Below are positions 22,692-34,187 of a stretch of DNA of 64,000 bases, one piece after another. The stretch is from an uncultured Gammaproteobacteria bacterium (GTDB taxonomy: Bacteria > Pseudomonadota > Gammaproteobacteria > UBA9214): NCBI GenBank assembly GCA_963773065.1, contig CAVYZN010000028.1, positions 67,117 to 131,116 on the forward strand. The letters are read 5' to 3'. The notes below the pieces were generated by a model. That model was not told the DNA's origin. It was given only the letters and a program-made list of their open reading frames with translations, and made no database searches. Both the position numbers and the translations under genes were made by a program. Every line of letters starts with the position of its first letter. The first letter of the stretch is position 1.

Positions 22692-25180
22692 CGCGGCGTT
22701 TCCCGCTCTGGTGCGCAGTTCCGGGACGCTACCTGCGCATCCCGGAACTGCGCGTCCTGGCGCTGGGCGTGATGCTGGCGGTGGCCGCGTTAACGTCCGT
22801 GGGCTTTTTCACCGACCGGGTGCAGCGCGCCATGTCGAGCCAGGCCACGGAGTTGCTGGGCGCGGACCTGGTGATCGCCTCATCCGGCGCACCGCGCGCC
22901 GCTTTGCGCCAGTCCGCCCGCGAGGCCGGTTTGCAGGTGGCGGAGACGGTGAGCTTCCCCAGCGTCGCACTCTACCAGGACAACACCCTGCTCACCGAAA
23001 TCAAGGCCGTCAGCGCGAACTACCCGCTGCGCGGCCGGCTGCGCCTCGCCGCACAACCCTTGGGCGAGGAATTCGCCGCGCAGGGCATCCCGGCGCCGGG
23101 CGAGATCTGGGTGGAACCGCGGGTCCTCGAGCAACTCGGCGCGCGCATCGGGGACGCGATCCAACTGGGTGATCGCACCTTCACCGCGAGTCGCGTGCTG
23201 AGTTACGAACCGGACCGCGGCGGCGATCTGTTCCAGCTCGCGCCGCGCGTGCTGCTGAACGCCACCGACCTCCCTTCCACCGGTCTCATCACCCCCGCGA
23301 GCCGGGTGCGCTACCGCCTGCTGGTGGCAGGGCCGCAAGCGGCGCTAGCGCGTTACCGCAACACGCTGGAGCGGCGCCTGCAGCCGGGCGAGCACCTGCA
23401 GGATGTGCGCGACGCCCGGCCGGAACTGCGCGCGGCGCTCGATCGGGCGCGGCAGTTCCTCGGACTCGCCGCCGTCACCGCGGTGCTGCTGGCCGGGGCG
23501 GCCATCTCGGTGGCGGCGCGTCACTACGCGGAGCGGCAGGCCGACACCAGCGCGATCATGCGTTGTCTCGGCGCCAGCGGCCGCGAGGTGTTGCGCACCG
23601 TTGCCGGCCGGCTGCTGTGGCCGGTGCTGGGCGCGAGCCTCGCCGGTTGCCTGCTCGGCTTGCTCGCCCAGCAGGTGCTGGTGGTGCTGCTGGCGCACTG
23701 GTTCACCGCCGCGCCCCCGGCCGTCGCGGCGTGGCCGGTGCTGGTCGGCGCCGGCACCGGCCTGGTCACGGTGATGGGATTCGCGCTGCCGTACGTGCTC
23801 ACGATTGCGCGGGTCCCGCCGCTGCGCGTCCTGCGCCGCGAACTGGCGGCGCCGTCCCCGTCGGCCTGGACGGTGCTGCTGCTGGGACTCTCGGCGCTCT
23901 CCGGGCTGCTGTTCCAAGTCGCCGGCGACCTCGAACTGGCGGGCTGGCTGCTGCTCGGGATCGGCGTGACCGGCCTGCTGCTGTGGCTGGCCGGGCTCGG
24001 GCTGATTCGCGTCCTGTCCGTGTTCTCCCGGCGCGGGCGCCTCACCTGGCGCTTCGGGCTGGCCAGTCTGGCGCGGCGGGGCCGCCTGGGCGGCCTGCAA
24101 CTCGCGGCCTTTGGCCTGGGGATCATGGCCCTGCTGATCCTCGGCATCGTCCGCGTCGACCTGCTGCGCTCCTGGCAGGCGAACCTCCCGGTTGCCGCGC
24201 CGAATCAGTTCCTGATCAACGTGCAGGCGGATGAAGTCAAGCCACTGACAGACCTGTTGCGCGATGGCGGTATCACCCTGACCGGCTTCCATCCCATGGT
24301 GCGCGGGCGTCTGGTCGCCATCAATGACCGGGACGTGCGGCCGGAGGACTTCGAGGGCGCACGCGCCCGGCGCCTGATCGCGCGGGAATTCAACCTGTCC
24401 TGGGCGAGCGAATTGCAGGAGGACAACCGGATCGTCGCGGGCCGCTGGTGGCCCGGCGGCGCGGCGGGCGGTGATGGGCTGTCCCTCGAACAGGGGTTGG
24501 CGGAAACACTCGGCATCAGGCTCGGCGACCGCTTGCGGTTCACCATCGCCGGGAGGGAACTGACCGCCCGGGTCAGCAGCCTGCGCACCGTCGAGTGGGA
24601 TTCGTTTCGGGTCAATTTCTTCGTCATCCTGCCGCCGGGCGTGCTGGAAGATTTTCCGGCCACCTACATCACCAGTTTTCATCTGCCGGACAACCGCGGC
24701 GCGCTGCTCACCGAACTGATCAAACAGTTCCCCAGCGTCACCGTGCTCGACGTTCGTGCCATCCTGCGCCAGGTTCGCGCGATCATGGACCGCGCCACCC
24801 TGGCGATCGAGTATGTCTTTCTGTTCACCCTGCTCTCGGGCCTGATGGTGCTCTACGCCGCGATCCAGGCGAGCCGCGAGGGACGCCGCCACGACACGGC
24901 TATCCTGCGCACCCTCGGCGCCAGCCGGCGCCAGGTGCTGGCGAGCCTGTTCATCGAGTTCACCACGCTCGGTCTTCTGGCCGGCCTGCTGGCCGCCGCC
25001 GGCGCCAGCGCCGTGGGTTATGTGCTTGCCGCCCGGGTGTTCGAACTGCCCTACCACCCCGATCCCCGGGTGTGGCTGATCGGCGCCCTCGGCGGCGCGC
25101 TCGGCGTGGGCCTGGCCGGCATGATGGGCACGCGCTCGGTCCTCGACCAGCCGCCGCTGCAGACGCTGCGCGACGGTTGA
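22688..25180 (+). CDS. ybbP: FtsX-like ABC permease YbbP
   Basis: LLGADL, YPLRG, PNQFLINVQ, REFNLSW, VEWDSFRVNFF; ATGA overlap with ybbA. Confidence 0.88.
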   Translation: MTRRFPLWCAVPGRYLRIPELRVLALGVMLAVAALTSVGFFTDRVQRAMSSQATELLGADLVIASSGAPRAALRQSAREAGLQVAETVSFPSVALYQDNTLLTEIKAVSANYPLRGRLRLAAQPLGEEFAAQGIPAPGEIWVEPRVLEQLGARIGDAIQLGDRTFTASRVLSYEPDRGGDLFQLAPRVLLNATDLPSTGLITPASRVRYRLLVAGPQAALARYRNTLERRLQPGEHLQDVRDARPELRAALDRARQFLGLAAVTAVLLAGAAISVAARHYAERQADTSAIMRCLGASGREVLRTVAGRLLWPVLGASLAGCLLGLLAQQVLVVLLAHWFTAAPPAVAAWPVLVGAGTGLVTVMGFALPYVLTIARVPPLRVLRRELAAPSPSAWTVLLLGLSALSGLLFQVAGDLELAGWLLLGIGVTGLLLWLAGLGLIRVLSVFSRRGRLTWRFGLASLARRGRLGGLQLAAFGLGIMALLILGIVRVDLLRSWQANLPVAAPNQFLINVQADEVKPLTDLLRDGGITLTGFHPMVRGRLVAINDRDVRPEDFEGARARRLIAREFNLSWASELQEDNRIVAGRWWPGGAAGGDGLSLEQGLAETLGIRLGDRLRFTIAGRELTARVSSLRTVEWDSFRVNFFVILPPGVLEDFPATYITSFHLPDNRGALLTELIKQFPSVTVLDVRAILRQVRAIMDRATLAIEYVFLFTLLSGLMVLYAAIQASREGRRHDTAILRTLGASRRQVLASLFIEFTTLGLLAGLLAAAGASAVGYVLAARVFELPYHPDPRVWLIGALGGALGVGLAGMMGTRSVLDQPPLQTLRDG

Positions 25181-25187
25181 GCGCGCT

Positions 25188-27095
25188 TTAGATTTCGATC
25201 TGCGTACCCAGCTCGATCACCCGGTTGGTCGGCAGGTTGAAATACTCCACCGCGCTGCCGGCGTTGCGCGCCATCGCCGCGAACAGGCGATCGCGCCAGA
25301 GCGCCATGCCCTGGATGCGGATGCTCGGGATGATGGCCTCGCGGCTGAGGAAGAAGGAGGTTTCCAGAGGCCGGCATTCCAGTCCCTGGTGGCGGCAGAC
25401 TTCCAGCGCCTGCATGATATCGGGCTGCTCCATGAAGCCGAACTTCAGCGTTATGCGGTAGCAATCATGCCCGAGCGAGTCGATCTCCACCCGTTCCGCC
25501 TCGGGCACCCATGGCACTTCCGCGACGATGACGGTAAGAAAAACGACACGCTCGTGCAGCACCTTGTTGTGCACCAGGTTGTGCAGCAGCGCATGCGGCA
25601 CGGTGCCCGTCGCGGAGGTCAGAAACACCGCGGTCCCGGGCACGCGCACCGGAGGGTCGCAGTACAGCAGCTCGAGGAAGGTATCCAGCGCCACGGTTTG
25701 CTGTTTGAGTTGCTGGTACAGCAGCCTGCGGCCCTGCCGCCAGGTGGCCATCAGGGTAAACATCACCGCGCCCACCATCAGTGGATACCAGCCCCCGTCG
25801 TGAATCTTGTACAGGGTCGCCGAAAAGAACAACGCGTCCACGCAGACAAACAAGCCGGTGGCGAAACCGGCGATCAGCAGGCTGTACCCCCAGCCGTGAC
25901 GCATCACGAAGAAGGTGAGGATGGTCGTGATCAGCATCGTGCCAGCCACGGCCACACCGTAGGCGGAGGCGAGCTTCGAGGAGGAGCCGAATGCCACCAC
26001 CGTGAGGATCACGGCGATGAACAGGATACGGTTCAGTCCCGGCAGATAGACCTGGCCGATTTGCTTCGCGGAGGTGTGCATCACATCGAGGCGCGGCAGA
26101 TAGCCCAGTTGGATGGCCTGCCGGCAGAGGGAGAACGCCCCCGAGATCGTTGCCTGCGAAGCGATCACGGTCGCCGCGGTAGCCAGTCCGATCATCGGGT
26201 ACAGCGCCCAGTCCGGATAGGCGTGGTAAAAGGGATTTGCGATGGCGCCGGGCTCCGCGATCAGCAGCGCCCCCTGTCCAAAGTAATTGAGCACCAGCGA
26301 CGGCAGCACCAGCCCGAACCAGGCGATGCGGATCGGGCGCTTGCCGAAATGTCCCATGTCGGCATACAGCGCCTCCGCGCCCGTCACCGCGAGAAAGATC
26401 GAACCGAGCACCACGAACGACAGGAAACCGTGAGCGGTCACGAAGTGCAACGCATGCACCGGATTTGTCGCCAGCAGCACCCCGGGGTAGCGCTCGATAT
26501 TGTAGATTCCCGCCGCGGCGAGCGCGAGGAACCACAACAGGCAGATGGGGCCGAAGAACGAGCCGACGACCGCGGTGCCCTGGCGCTGCACAGCGAATAG
26601 CACCGTCAGCACGCTCACCGTGATCGGAATGACATAGGGTTTGAACATCAGGGTGCCGATCTCGAGCCCCTCCACCGCCGAGAGCACCGAGATGGCGGGG
26701 GTAAGGACGGCGTCGCCGAAGAACAGCGCGGCGCCGAACACGCCGAGCGTGAGGATCAAGGCTCGCAGGCGCCCCGAAGTGGGGTACTGCGAGGAGGCGA
26801 GCGCCAGCAGGGCCATGATGCCGCCCTCGCCCTTGTTGCTCGCCCGCATGATGAGGGTGACGTACTTGAGCGAAACAATGATCATCAGCGACCAGAAAAT
26901 GGCCGAAAGCCCGCCGAGGATGTTCTCCGTGTCGAGGGGGATGCCGTGGCTGGAAGAAAATGTCTCCCTCACCGCGTAGAGCGGGCTCGTGCCGATATCG
27001 CCATAGACGACGCCGAGGGCGAGCAGAGTAAGCGCGGCCGTGGAGGACCGCGGCGGCGGCGCGGTGCTGACGTTCAGGGCTGCGTGCTGTTCCAT
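25188..27095 (-). CDS. kup: Potassium transporter Kup
   Basis: LGVVYGDIGTSPLY, GEGGIMAL, TGAEALYADMGHFG, HNKVLHE, ELGTQIEI. Confidence 0.97.
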   Translation of the reverse strand: MEQHAALNVSTAPPPRSSTAALTLLALGVVYGDIGTSPLYAVRETFSSSHGIPLDTENILGGLSAIFWSLMIIVSLKYVTLIMRASNKGEGGIMALLALASSQYPTSGRLRALILTLGVFGAALFFGDAVLTPAISVLSAVEGLEIGTLMFKPYVIPITVSVLTVLFAVQRQGTAVVGSFFGPICLLWFLALAAAGIYNIERYPGVLLATNPVHALHFVTAHGFLSFVVLGSIFLAVTGAEALYADMGHFGKRPIRIAWFGLVLPSLVLNYFGQGALLIAEPGAIANPFYHAYPDWALYPMIGLATAATVIASQATISGAFSLCRQAIQLGYLPRLDVMHTSAKQIGQVYLPGLNRILFIAVILTVVAFGSSSKLASAYGVAVAGTMLITTILTFFVMRHGWGYSLLIAGFATGLFVCVDALFFSATLYKIHDGGWYPLMVGAVMFTLMATWRQGRRLLYQQLKQQTVALDTFLELLYCDPPVRVPGTAVFLTSATGTVPHALLHNLVHNKVLHERVVFLTVIVAEVPWVPEAERVEIDSLGHDCYRITLKFGFMEQPDIMQALEVCRHQGLECRPLETSFFLSREAIIPSIRIQGMALWRDRLFAAMARNAGSAVEYFNLPTNRVIELGTQIEI

Positions 27096-27283
27096 GCAAA
27101 ATCCGGTAACCGAAGGGGCCGATGGCGCACAAGCCGACTGTTTGCCCGCGCGGTGATAGAAATGTGGGCTAGTATATCCTCGCGCAGGGACTCAGGACGA
27201 GCCTTCTCCGCGGAATCAATTGTCGCGAACCCCCTTAAGTTATATTCTGTGGCACCGGTCTTTATGCTCAGGATGGGAACGAG

Positions 27284-28255
27284 ATGGACTTGCGGTCGTT
27301 GCGCTGGCCCCGTGGCGGGTCGCTGGGTTACACCCTCCTGCTCCTGCTGCTTGCCGCCGGCGCCTGGTCGGCTATCTACACGGTGCCGAGCGATTCCGTC
27401 GCCGTGGTGCAGCGCTTCGGCAAATACCTGAAGGAAATCAACCCGGGGCTCCACTTCAAGCTGCCCTTCGGCATGGACGTCGCGACCATCGTGCCGGTCA
27501 AGCGCCAGCTCAAGCAGGAATTCGGCTTCGCCACGCCCGGCGCCACCAATCCCTACCAGATCCCGCAAGAACCCGAAAAGGAAACCCAGATGGTCACGGG
27601 CGACCTGAATACGGCCCTGGTGGAATGGGTGGTCCAGTACCGCGTCTCCGACCCGGAGAAGTTCCTGTTCAGGGTCCGCGAGCCCCACGAAACCCTGCGC
27701 GCGGTCTCCGAGTCCGTGATGCGCGAAGTCGTGGGTGATCGCACCGTGGACGAGGTGATCACCATCGGCCGCCAGGAGATCGAGGTGGAGGCGCTCGCCC
27801 GGATGCAGGCGCTCTCCACCAAGTACGAGATGGGCGTCAGCATCGACCAGGTGCAGTTGAAAAACATCAATCCACCTGGGCCGGTGCAGGCCTCCTTCAA
27901 CGAGGTCAACCAGTCGCAGCAAGAGAAGGAAAAACTGATCAACGAGGCCAGGCGGGGTTACAACAAGGTGATACCGCTCGCCGAAGGGGAGAAGGACCAG
28001 CGCATCCGCGAGGCCGAGGGCTACCGGCTCAAGCGCATCAACGAGGCGGAGGGCGACGTCGCGCGCTTCAACGCCGTGCTGGCCGAATACCTCAAGGCGC
28101 CGGAGGTCACCCGGCGCCGCATCTACCTCGAGACCTTGCAGCAGGTCCTGCCGGGTCTGCGCTCCAAGATCATCGTCGATGACCAGGTGCGCGGCATCCT
28201 GCCGCTGCTCAACCTCGATGCGCAAAAGGAAGCACAGAAGGAAGCGCAGCCATGA
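27284..28255 (+). CDS. hflK: FtsH modulator HflK (SPFH domain)
   Basis: PGLHFKLPFG, MVTGDLN, YLKAPEVTRRRIYLET. Confidence 0.92.
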   Translation: MDLRSLRWPRGGSLGYTLLLLLLAAGAWSAIYTVPSDSVAVVQRFGKYLKEINPGLHFKLPFGMDVATIVPVKRQLKQEFGFATPGATNPYQIPQEPEKETQMVTGDLNTALVEWVVQYRVSDPEKFLFRVREPHETLRAVSESVMREVVGDRTVDEVITIGRQEIEVEALARMQALSTKYEMGVSIDQVQLKNINPPGPVQASFNEVNQSQQEKEKLINEARRGYNKVIPLAEGEKDQRIREAEGYRLKRINEAEGDVARFNAVLAEYLKAPEVTRRRIYLETLQQVLPGLRSKIIVDDQVRGILPLLNLDAQKEAQKEAQP

Positions 28256-29211
28256 ACCTGGACAAGCCGCTCGTCCTCTTCATCGTGCTTGCCACGGCCG
28301 CGCTGGTCCTCACCGGGTCGCTCTACACCGTGAACGAGATCGAGCAGGTGATCATCACCCAGTTCGGCAAGCCGGTCGGCGACCCCGTCACCACCGCCGG
28401 CCTCAAGCTCAAGGCGCCCTTCATCCAGGAGGTCAACTCCATCGACAAGCGCATCCTGGAGTGGGACGGCAGTCCCACCGACATGCCCACCAAGGACAAG
28501 CTCTACATCTCCGTCGACCTGTTCGCGCGCTGGCGCATCACCGATCCCCTGCAGTACTTCCTGCGCCTGCGCGATGAACGCAGCGCCCAGTCCCGTCTCG
28601 ACGACATCCTCGGCAGCGAGACCCGCAACGCCGTGGCCAAGCACGAACTCATCGAGATCATCCGCACCACGAAAGACCGGGTGCCGTTGCAGGACGCCAC
28701 CCTCGCGGATCCCAACAACGCCGCCGTGGGCACGCTGGTGCCCATCCATAAGGGGCGCCAGCAGGTCGAGGCGGAGATCTTCGCGGCGGCGGCGCAGAAG
28801 GTCCAGGTGTTCGGCATCGAGCTGCTGGACATCCGCTTCAAGCGCATCAACTACAACACCAGCGTGCTGCCGAAGATTTATGACCGCATGATCAGCGAAC
28901 GCCGGCAGATCGCCGAGCGCTTCCGCTCGGAAGGCAACGGCGAGGCCGCGCGCATCCTCGGCAACCGGGAGCGGGATCTGAACCGTATCCAGTCCGAGGC
29001 CTACCGGCGGGTCGAGGAGATCCGCGGCGAGGCGGACGCCAAGGCCACCGCGATCTACGCCGGCGCTTACAACCAGAGCCCGGCCGCGGTGCAGTTCTAC
29101 GAGTTCACCCGGACCATGGAGGCCTATAAGTCCATCATCGCCGAGAACACCACCCTGATCCTGTCAACCAACAGTGAGCTCTTCAGGTTCCTGCAGGGCA
29201 TGACGCACTGA
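28252..29211 (+). CDS. hflC: FtsH modulator HflC
   Basis: IITQFGKP, RMISERRQIAERFRSEG, FYEFTRTMEAY. Confidence 0.92.
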   Translation: MNLDKPLVLFIVLATAALVLTGSLYTVNEIEQVIITQFGKPVGDPVTTAGLKLKAPFIQEVNSIDKRILEWDGSPTDMPTKDKLYISVDLFARWRITDPLQYFLRLRDERSAQSRLDDILGSETRNAVAKHELIEIIRTTKDRVPLQDATLADPNNAAVGTLVPIHKGRQQVEAEIFAAAAQKVQVFGIELLDIRFKRINYNTSVLPKIYDRMISERRQIAERFRSEGNGEAARILGNRERDLNRIQSEAYRRVEEIRGEADAKATAIYAGAYNQSPAAVQFYEFTRTMEAYKSIIAENTTLILSTNSELFRFLQGMTH

Positions 29212-29257
29212 CGGCGCGGAGAGTGCCTTCCGGCGTATCTCAGCGAACGCGGATTTG

Positions 29258-32200
29258 CTAATGCCCCAGCCCTCGCCCCTTCCACATCAGATAGGCGGCC
29301 GGGATCACAGCGAGGGTAAGAACCGCGACGCTCAGCATGCCTCCGACCATGGGGGCAGCGATGCGCTGCATCGCCTCCGATCCCGTACCGGTCCCGAGCA
29401 GGATGGGCAGGAGCGCGGCGATAATTGCCACCTTCGTCATGGTGACCGGCCGCAGCCGTAGCAGCGCACCCTCCACCACGGCCTCCCTGACCTCTTCCCG
29501 CGTCAGTTCCGCACCCCCGCGCGCCGCGCGCAGGCGCGCCCGTGCGCGTTCGAGGTACAAGAGCATCACCACCCCGATCTCGACAGCCACACCGCCCAAC
29601 GCGATGAAGCCGATGACGGATGCCACCGATAGATGGTAGCCAAGGAAATACATGAGCCAGACACCCCCCACCAGACCGAGTGGCAGCGTCCCCAGAATGA
29701 TGAGGGTCGCCGTCAGGTTGCGGAAATTGAGGTATAGCAACACCAGGATGATCACCAGGGTAGAGGGCACAACCAGCCACAGCCGCGCCCTGGCCTGTTC
29801 CCAGTGCTCATACTCCCCCGACCAGGTGAGCGAATAGCCGGGCGGCAGCCTGACCTCGGCCGCCACCGCATGCCTGGCGCCGGTCACGTACGAGCCCACG
29901 TCCCGGTCTCGGAGGTCGATGTACACCCAGCCGTTCAGGCGCGCGTTCTCGGTGCGGATCATATCCGGTCCGTCCACGATCTCGACCCGCGCGATGTCGC
30001 CAAGCGGAACCTGGGTGCCACGGCTGTCCACGAGCAGGGGCAAGCGCTCAAGCTTCGTTACCGAGTCGCGCGTTTCGGCCGGGTAGCGCAGGTTCACCGG
30101 GTAGCGTTCCCGGCCCTCGACCACTTCCGTCAGGTTCATGCCACCCACCGCCGAGGCGATGATCTCCTGCAGATCCATCACGGTCAGGCCCACCATGCCC
30201 ATGGCGAAGCGCTCGGGCGTGATCTTGACATACCTGCCCGCAGAGACGCGCTCGGCGAATACGGACGCGGTTCCGGGCAGGCGGGCGACGACCCGCTCGA
30301 TCTGTTGCCCGATCTGCTGGATGACAGCGAGGTCGGGACCTGCGACCTTGATTCCGACCGGCGTCTTGATACCGGTGGAGAGCATTTGCAGGCGGGCATT
30401 GATGGGCATGAGCCAGGCGTTGGTCAGCCCGGGCAGATTCACGGTCCGCTCGAGCTCGGCCTTGATCCGCTCTATGCTCATCCCCGGCCGCCACTGCGCG
30501 CGGGGCTTGAGTCGAATGGTGGTCTCGATCATTTCCATGGGAGCCGGGTCCGTCGCCGTCTCGGCCCGCCCCACTTTTCCGAATACCCGTTCCACCTCCG
30601 GCACCGAGAGAATCAGGCGGTCGGTCTGCTGCAGAAGCTGGCGCGCCTTGTCGGGCGCGATGCCCGGGTGGGTGGTGGGCATGTACAGCAGGTCCCCCTC
30701 GTCCAGATCCGGCATGAACTCGGAGCCCAGGTGCAACGCCGGCCAGATCCCACTCAGGGTCAGCACGATTGCCGACACCGCCACGATTCGGGGCGAGCGC
30801 AGCACCCAGGCGAGAAGCGGGCGATAGGCGGCCAACAGTGCACGGTTGATGGGGTTCTCCTGCTCCTTGCGCACGTGACCGCGGACGAAGAGTCCCAGCA
30901 GTACCGGCACCAGCGTGATCGAGAGCAGCGCCGCGGCGGCCATGGCGTAGGTCTTGGTGTAGGCGAGCGGTGCGAACAGCCGCCCTTCCTCCCCCTGCAA
31001 TGCAAGCACGGGGAGAAAGCTCAGGGTGATGATCAGCAGAGAGAGGAACAGCGCCGGCCCGACCTCCGTGGTGGCCTGGCGCACCACCGCCCAGCGGTTC
31101 GCAGCGGTCAGGGGTTCGCGCTCCATATGCTTGTGCAGGTTCTCAATCATGACGATGGCAGCGTCCACCATGGCGCCGATGGCGATGGCGATACCCCCCA
31201 GCGACATGATATTCGCGCTGATGCCCTGCCACTGCATGACGCTGAAGGCCCCGAGGATTGCGATCGGGAGGCTGAGGATCACCACGAGTGCGGACCGGAC
31301 ATGGAGCAGGAACAGGGCGCATACCAGGGCGACGATGACGAACTCCTCCACCAGTCGGCTGCTCAGCGTGTCGATGGCGCGGTGGATCAACCCGGAGCGG
31401 TCATACACCTCCACCAGTTCCACGCCGTCGGGCAAGCCCGACTCCAGATCGGCCAGCTTGGCCTTGACCGCGGCGATGGTCTCAAGCGCGTTGCTCCCGG
31501 GACGCATGAGCACGATGCCGCCCACCACCTCGCCCACACCATCGAGCTCGGCGATGCCCTCGCGCATCTGGGGACCCAGACGGACATCGGCGATGTCGCC
31601 CAGACGATACGCCGTACGCGCGGTCGGAGGGACCGCGGTCCCCCCTGATCCCGAACCCATCCCTCCGCCGACATTGATCTCCCGCGCAGAGAGCGGGACG
31701 TTGCGCAAATCCTCGATCCCAGTCAGGTAACCGGCCACGCGGATCATGTAGCGCGCCTCGGCCATTTCCAGCGCGCCGCCGCCTAATTCGGCGTTGGAAC
31801 GGGTCACCGCCTGCATCAAAGTCGTCAGGGGCAGGTTGTAGCTGCGAAGCGCCTCAGGGTCGATCACCACCTGGTATTGCTTGACCATACCGCCAACGGT
31901 CGCGACCTCCGAGACGCCCGGCAGGGACTGCAACTCGTACTTCAGGAACCAGTCCTGCAGGCTGCGCAGTTGCGCCAGGTCGTGCCCCCCTGTGCGATCC
32001 ACCAGGGCGTACTGATAGACCCAGCCGACCGCCGTAGCGTCGGGGCCGAGCGTGGGACGGGCGCCCGGCGGGAGGCCGATGGCCGCCTGGTTCAGCAGCT
32101 CCAACACCCGGGAGCGGGCCCAGTAGGGATCGGCGCCGTCCTTGAACACCACATAGACATAGGAATTGCCGTACATGGAGTAGCCGCGCACCGCCACCGC

Positions 32201-32434
32201 CCCGGTGACGGCCCGCAGCGCGGTGGCGACAGGATAGGTAACCTGGTCCTCTACTACCTGGGGCGCCTGGCCCGCGTAGGTGGTCTTGACGATGACCTGG
32301 ACGTCGGAGAGATCCGGGATGGCGTCGAGGGGGATGTGATGCAGAGCGTAGAATCCCCACCCGACGATCAGCGCGGTGACCACAAGAACCAGGAAGCGGT
32401 TGCGCACCGAGCCGTGGATGATCCGCGCAATCAC
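29258..32434 (-). CDS. cusA: CusA/SilA-type heavy-metal efflux RND permease
   Basis: DAIPDLSDVQVI, LGPDATAVGW, SEFMPDLDEG, TDPAPMEM, GSEAMQRIAAPMVGG; GTG start overlapping the cusB stop. Confidence 0.92.
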   Translation of the reverse strand: MIARIIHGSVRNRFLVLVVTALIVGWGFYALHHIPLDAIPDLSDVQVIVKTTYAGQAPQVVEDQVTYPVATALRAVTGAVAVRGYSMYGNSYVYVVFKDGADPYWARSRVLELLNQAAIGLPPGARPTLGPDATAVGWVYQYALVDRTGGHDLAQLRSLQDWFLKYELQSLPGVSEVATVGGMVKQYQVVIDPEALRSYNLPLTTLMQAVTRSNAELGGGALEMAEARYMIRVAGYLTGIEDLRNVPLSAREINVGGGMGSGSGGTAVPPTARTAYRLGDIADVRLGPQMREGIAELDGVGEVVGGIVLMRPGSNALETIAAVKAKLADLESGLPDGVELVEVYDRSGLIHRAIDTLSSRLVEEFVIVALVCALFLLHVRSALVVILSLPIAILGAFSVMQWQGISANIMSLGGIAIAIGAMVDAAIVMIENLHKHMEREPLTAANRWAVVRQATTEVGPALFLSLLIITLSFLPVLALQGEEGRLFAPLAYTKTYAMAAAALLSITLVPVLLGLFVRGHVRKEQENPINRALLAAYRPLLAWVLRSPRIVAVSAIVLTLSGIWPALHLGSEFMPDLDEGDLLYMPTTHPGIAPDKARQLLQQTDRLILSVPEVERVFGKVGRAETATDPAPMEMIETTIRLKPRAQWRPGMSIERIKAELERTVNLPGLTNAWLMPINARLQMLSTGIKTPVGIKVAGPDLAVIQQIGQQIERVVARLPGTASVFAERVSAGRYVKITPERFAMGMVGLTVMDLQEIIASAVGGMNLTEVVEGRERYPVNLRYPAETRDSVTKLERLPLLVDSRGTQVPLGDIARVEIVDGPDMIRTENARLNGWVYIDLRDRDVGSYVTGARHAVAAEVRLPPGYSLTWSGEYEHWEQARARLWLVVPSTLVIILVLLYLNFRNLTATLIILGTLPLGLVGGVWLMYFLGYHLSVASVIGFIALGGVAVEIGVVMLLYLERARARLRAARGGAELTREEVREAVVEGALLRLRPVTMTKVAIIAALLPILLGTGTGSEAMQRIAAPMVGGMLSVAVLTLAVIPAAYLMWKGRGLGH

Positions 32435-33464
32435 TCGGTGGACACCTCGGCACTGTCCTGGGATTCGGGATGCTCGCCGTTCAGGCGCATGAGCCCGGCC
32501 TGCACATTCGCTTCGGAGTCGAGCAGGAACTGGCCCGAGACCACCACCCGCTCGCCCTCCTGCAGCCCGGAGCGGATCACGATCTGGTCCTCGCCTATGT
32601 CCTCGGCGTCTACCTCCCGCGGCCGGAAGCGGCCGCCGCCCTGCGCGAGGATCACCCGCGCGCCTTTCCCGGTCACGATCACGGCGTCGCGAGGGACCAG
32701 GAGCACGTCTGCCACGGGGTCTGCCTCCACCGTCACCAAGGCGCTCATTCCAGCCGGGATGGAAACGCTCTCGGGGTCGATGGAGACGCGAAACTGCAAC
32801 ATGCGAGTCGCCTGGCTGACCTGACTCTCCAGACCGGTCACCGTCCCCTTCCATTCCCTCGCCCCGAGGCTCGGGAAGCGCACGCGCGCGGTCTGCCCCT
32901 CGCGCAGCAGGAGCGCCTCGCGCTCGAAGACCTGCGCCTGCACCAACAGCGCCGAGGCGGAGATTCCCGTGTCGTCCGCGCTGGCCTCCGGGCCCTTGTA
33001 GACGGGCCGATAGCCCCGCGCGGTGCTGCGGAGGAACACGCCGAAGCCTTCGATGTGACGAGTGAGCGTGCCACGGCGCACCTCCGCCGTACGCACGCCC
33101 AGTTGATTCACCACTGCAGCGGAGACGATGACCGCCGGGGTATCTTTAACCGCTGCGTGTCCGTGCTGGTCCGACGTCGCGGCCGCGGCCTTCTTCATGA
33201 CCAGGTCCATTCCGCAGATCGGGCACCTGCCTGGCTCCGATTGCACCACCTGTGGGTGCATCGGGCACACGTAGATCGGGTCGAGGCGCTTCTCGGCGTA
33301 TTCGAGCGCCGTCTCCTGCGGCGGGGATACCGCGGCAGGGTGGTCGACGGAGCGCCCGCACCCGGTCCGAGCAAGACCAGCGTGGCGCCGGCAACCGCGG
33401 CCAGCACTTGAAGGGCAAAACGTTTCAGGGGTGATCGGCATGAGTACATCATGGTGCGGAACAC
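32431..33464 (-). CDS. cusB: CusB-like RND periplasmic adaptor with heavy-metal-binding domain; short, frameshift near 33320
   Basis: YVCPMHP..PGRCPICGMDLV and GLQEGERVVVSGQFLLDSE. Confidence 0.8.
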
Positions 33465-33802
33465 TTCCTTCAGGAAAGCCTGCGGGTACTGTTTGTGCGC
33501 GGTCCAATCCAGCGGCGGTAGCGGCGCGCCGTGTCACGTCGGCGGGAACGGTCATGAGGGGACAGAGACGGGGTGAGGCGATTTGCCAAAACAATCGAAC
33601 CGTTCAATCCATCGGTATCTTCACGCCCTTATCGATCGGGCCTTCTGATCGCGGCGAGCTGGCTGGCTCTCCCGTCTGCTTCGGCCCTGGGCGACCCGGT
33701 CAGTCATTGTATCCGGCTCAGGGTCCCATTCCAAGCCGGACATGTAAACGGTTGAGGTTTCTTTAGAAGTCCGTTAAAACGAAATCACCCTGGGGCAGGC
33801 AT

Positions 33803-33937
33803 AGCATCAAGCTCAGCTCAAAGGTCGAAGTAGCCACCTGGAACGAACTCAAGGCGCTTGCTTCCGAGACACACCAGAATGTCTACGGCTTGCTCACGGA
33901 GGCGATACGCGAATATGTTGCCAGAAAGCACGGTTAA
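33803..33937 (+). pseudogene. Ribbon-helix-helix antitoxin-like remnant without start codon
   Basis: Hand translation SIKLSSKVEVATWNELKALASETHQNVYGLLTEAIREYVARKHG*. Confidence 0.45.
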
Positions 33938-34135
33938 GATGTAATCGGATCAATCGAGTCTGACCCTATTGGTCCACTGGAAGACTGAACTATCCAAGGT
34001 GAATTGCCCGACCTGCATCGACATCACAGAGTGTGTAATCTGCGTTTTCGATACATTTTCCACGCTTCTGGAAAATATTCCCGGCCCCAATGATTGTTGC
34101 GGTTCCGTTGCGGCGCACCCGGGTAGACTATCTAC

Positions 34136-34168
34136 AAAAAACGGGGAAGGGATTGCTCCCTTCCCCGT
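34136..34168 (-). terminator. Intrinsic terminator after multicopper oxidase gene
   Basis: acggggaaggga-ttgc-tcccttccccgt perfect stem with T-run on minus strand. Confidence 0.85.
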
Positions 34169-34187
34169 CCAACAACTTCCTACTCAG

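Noticed and set aside
32435-32854. N-terminal extension of CusA in the ORF track
   Set aside because: Overlaps cusB; homology starts at the GTG at 32434
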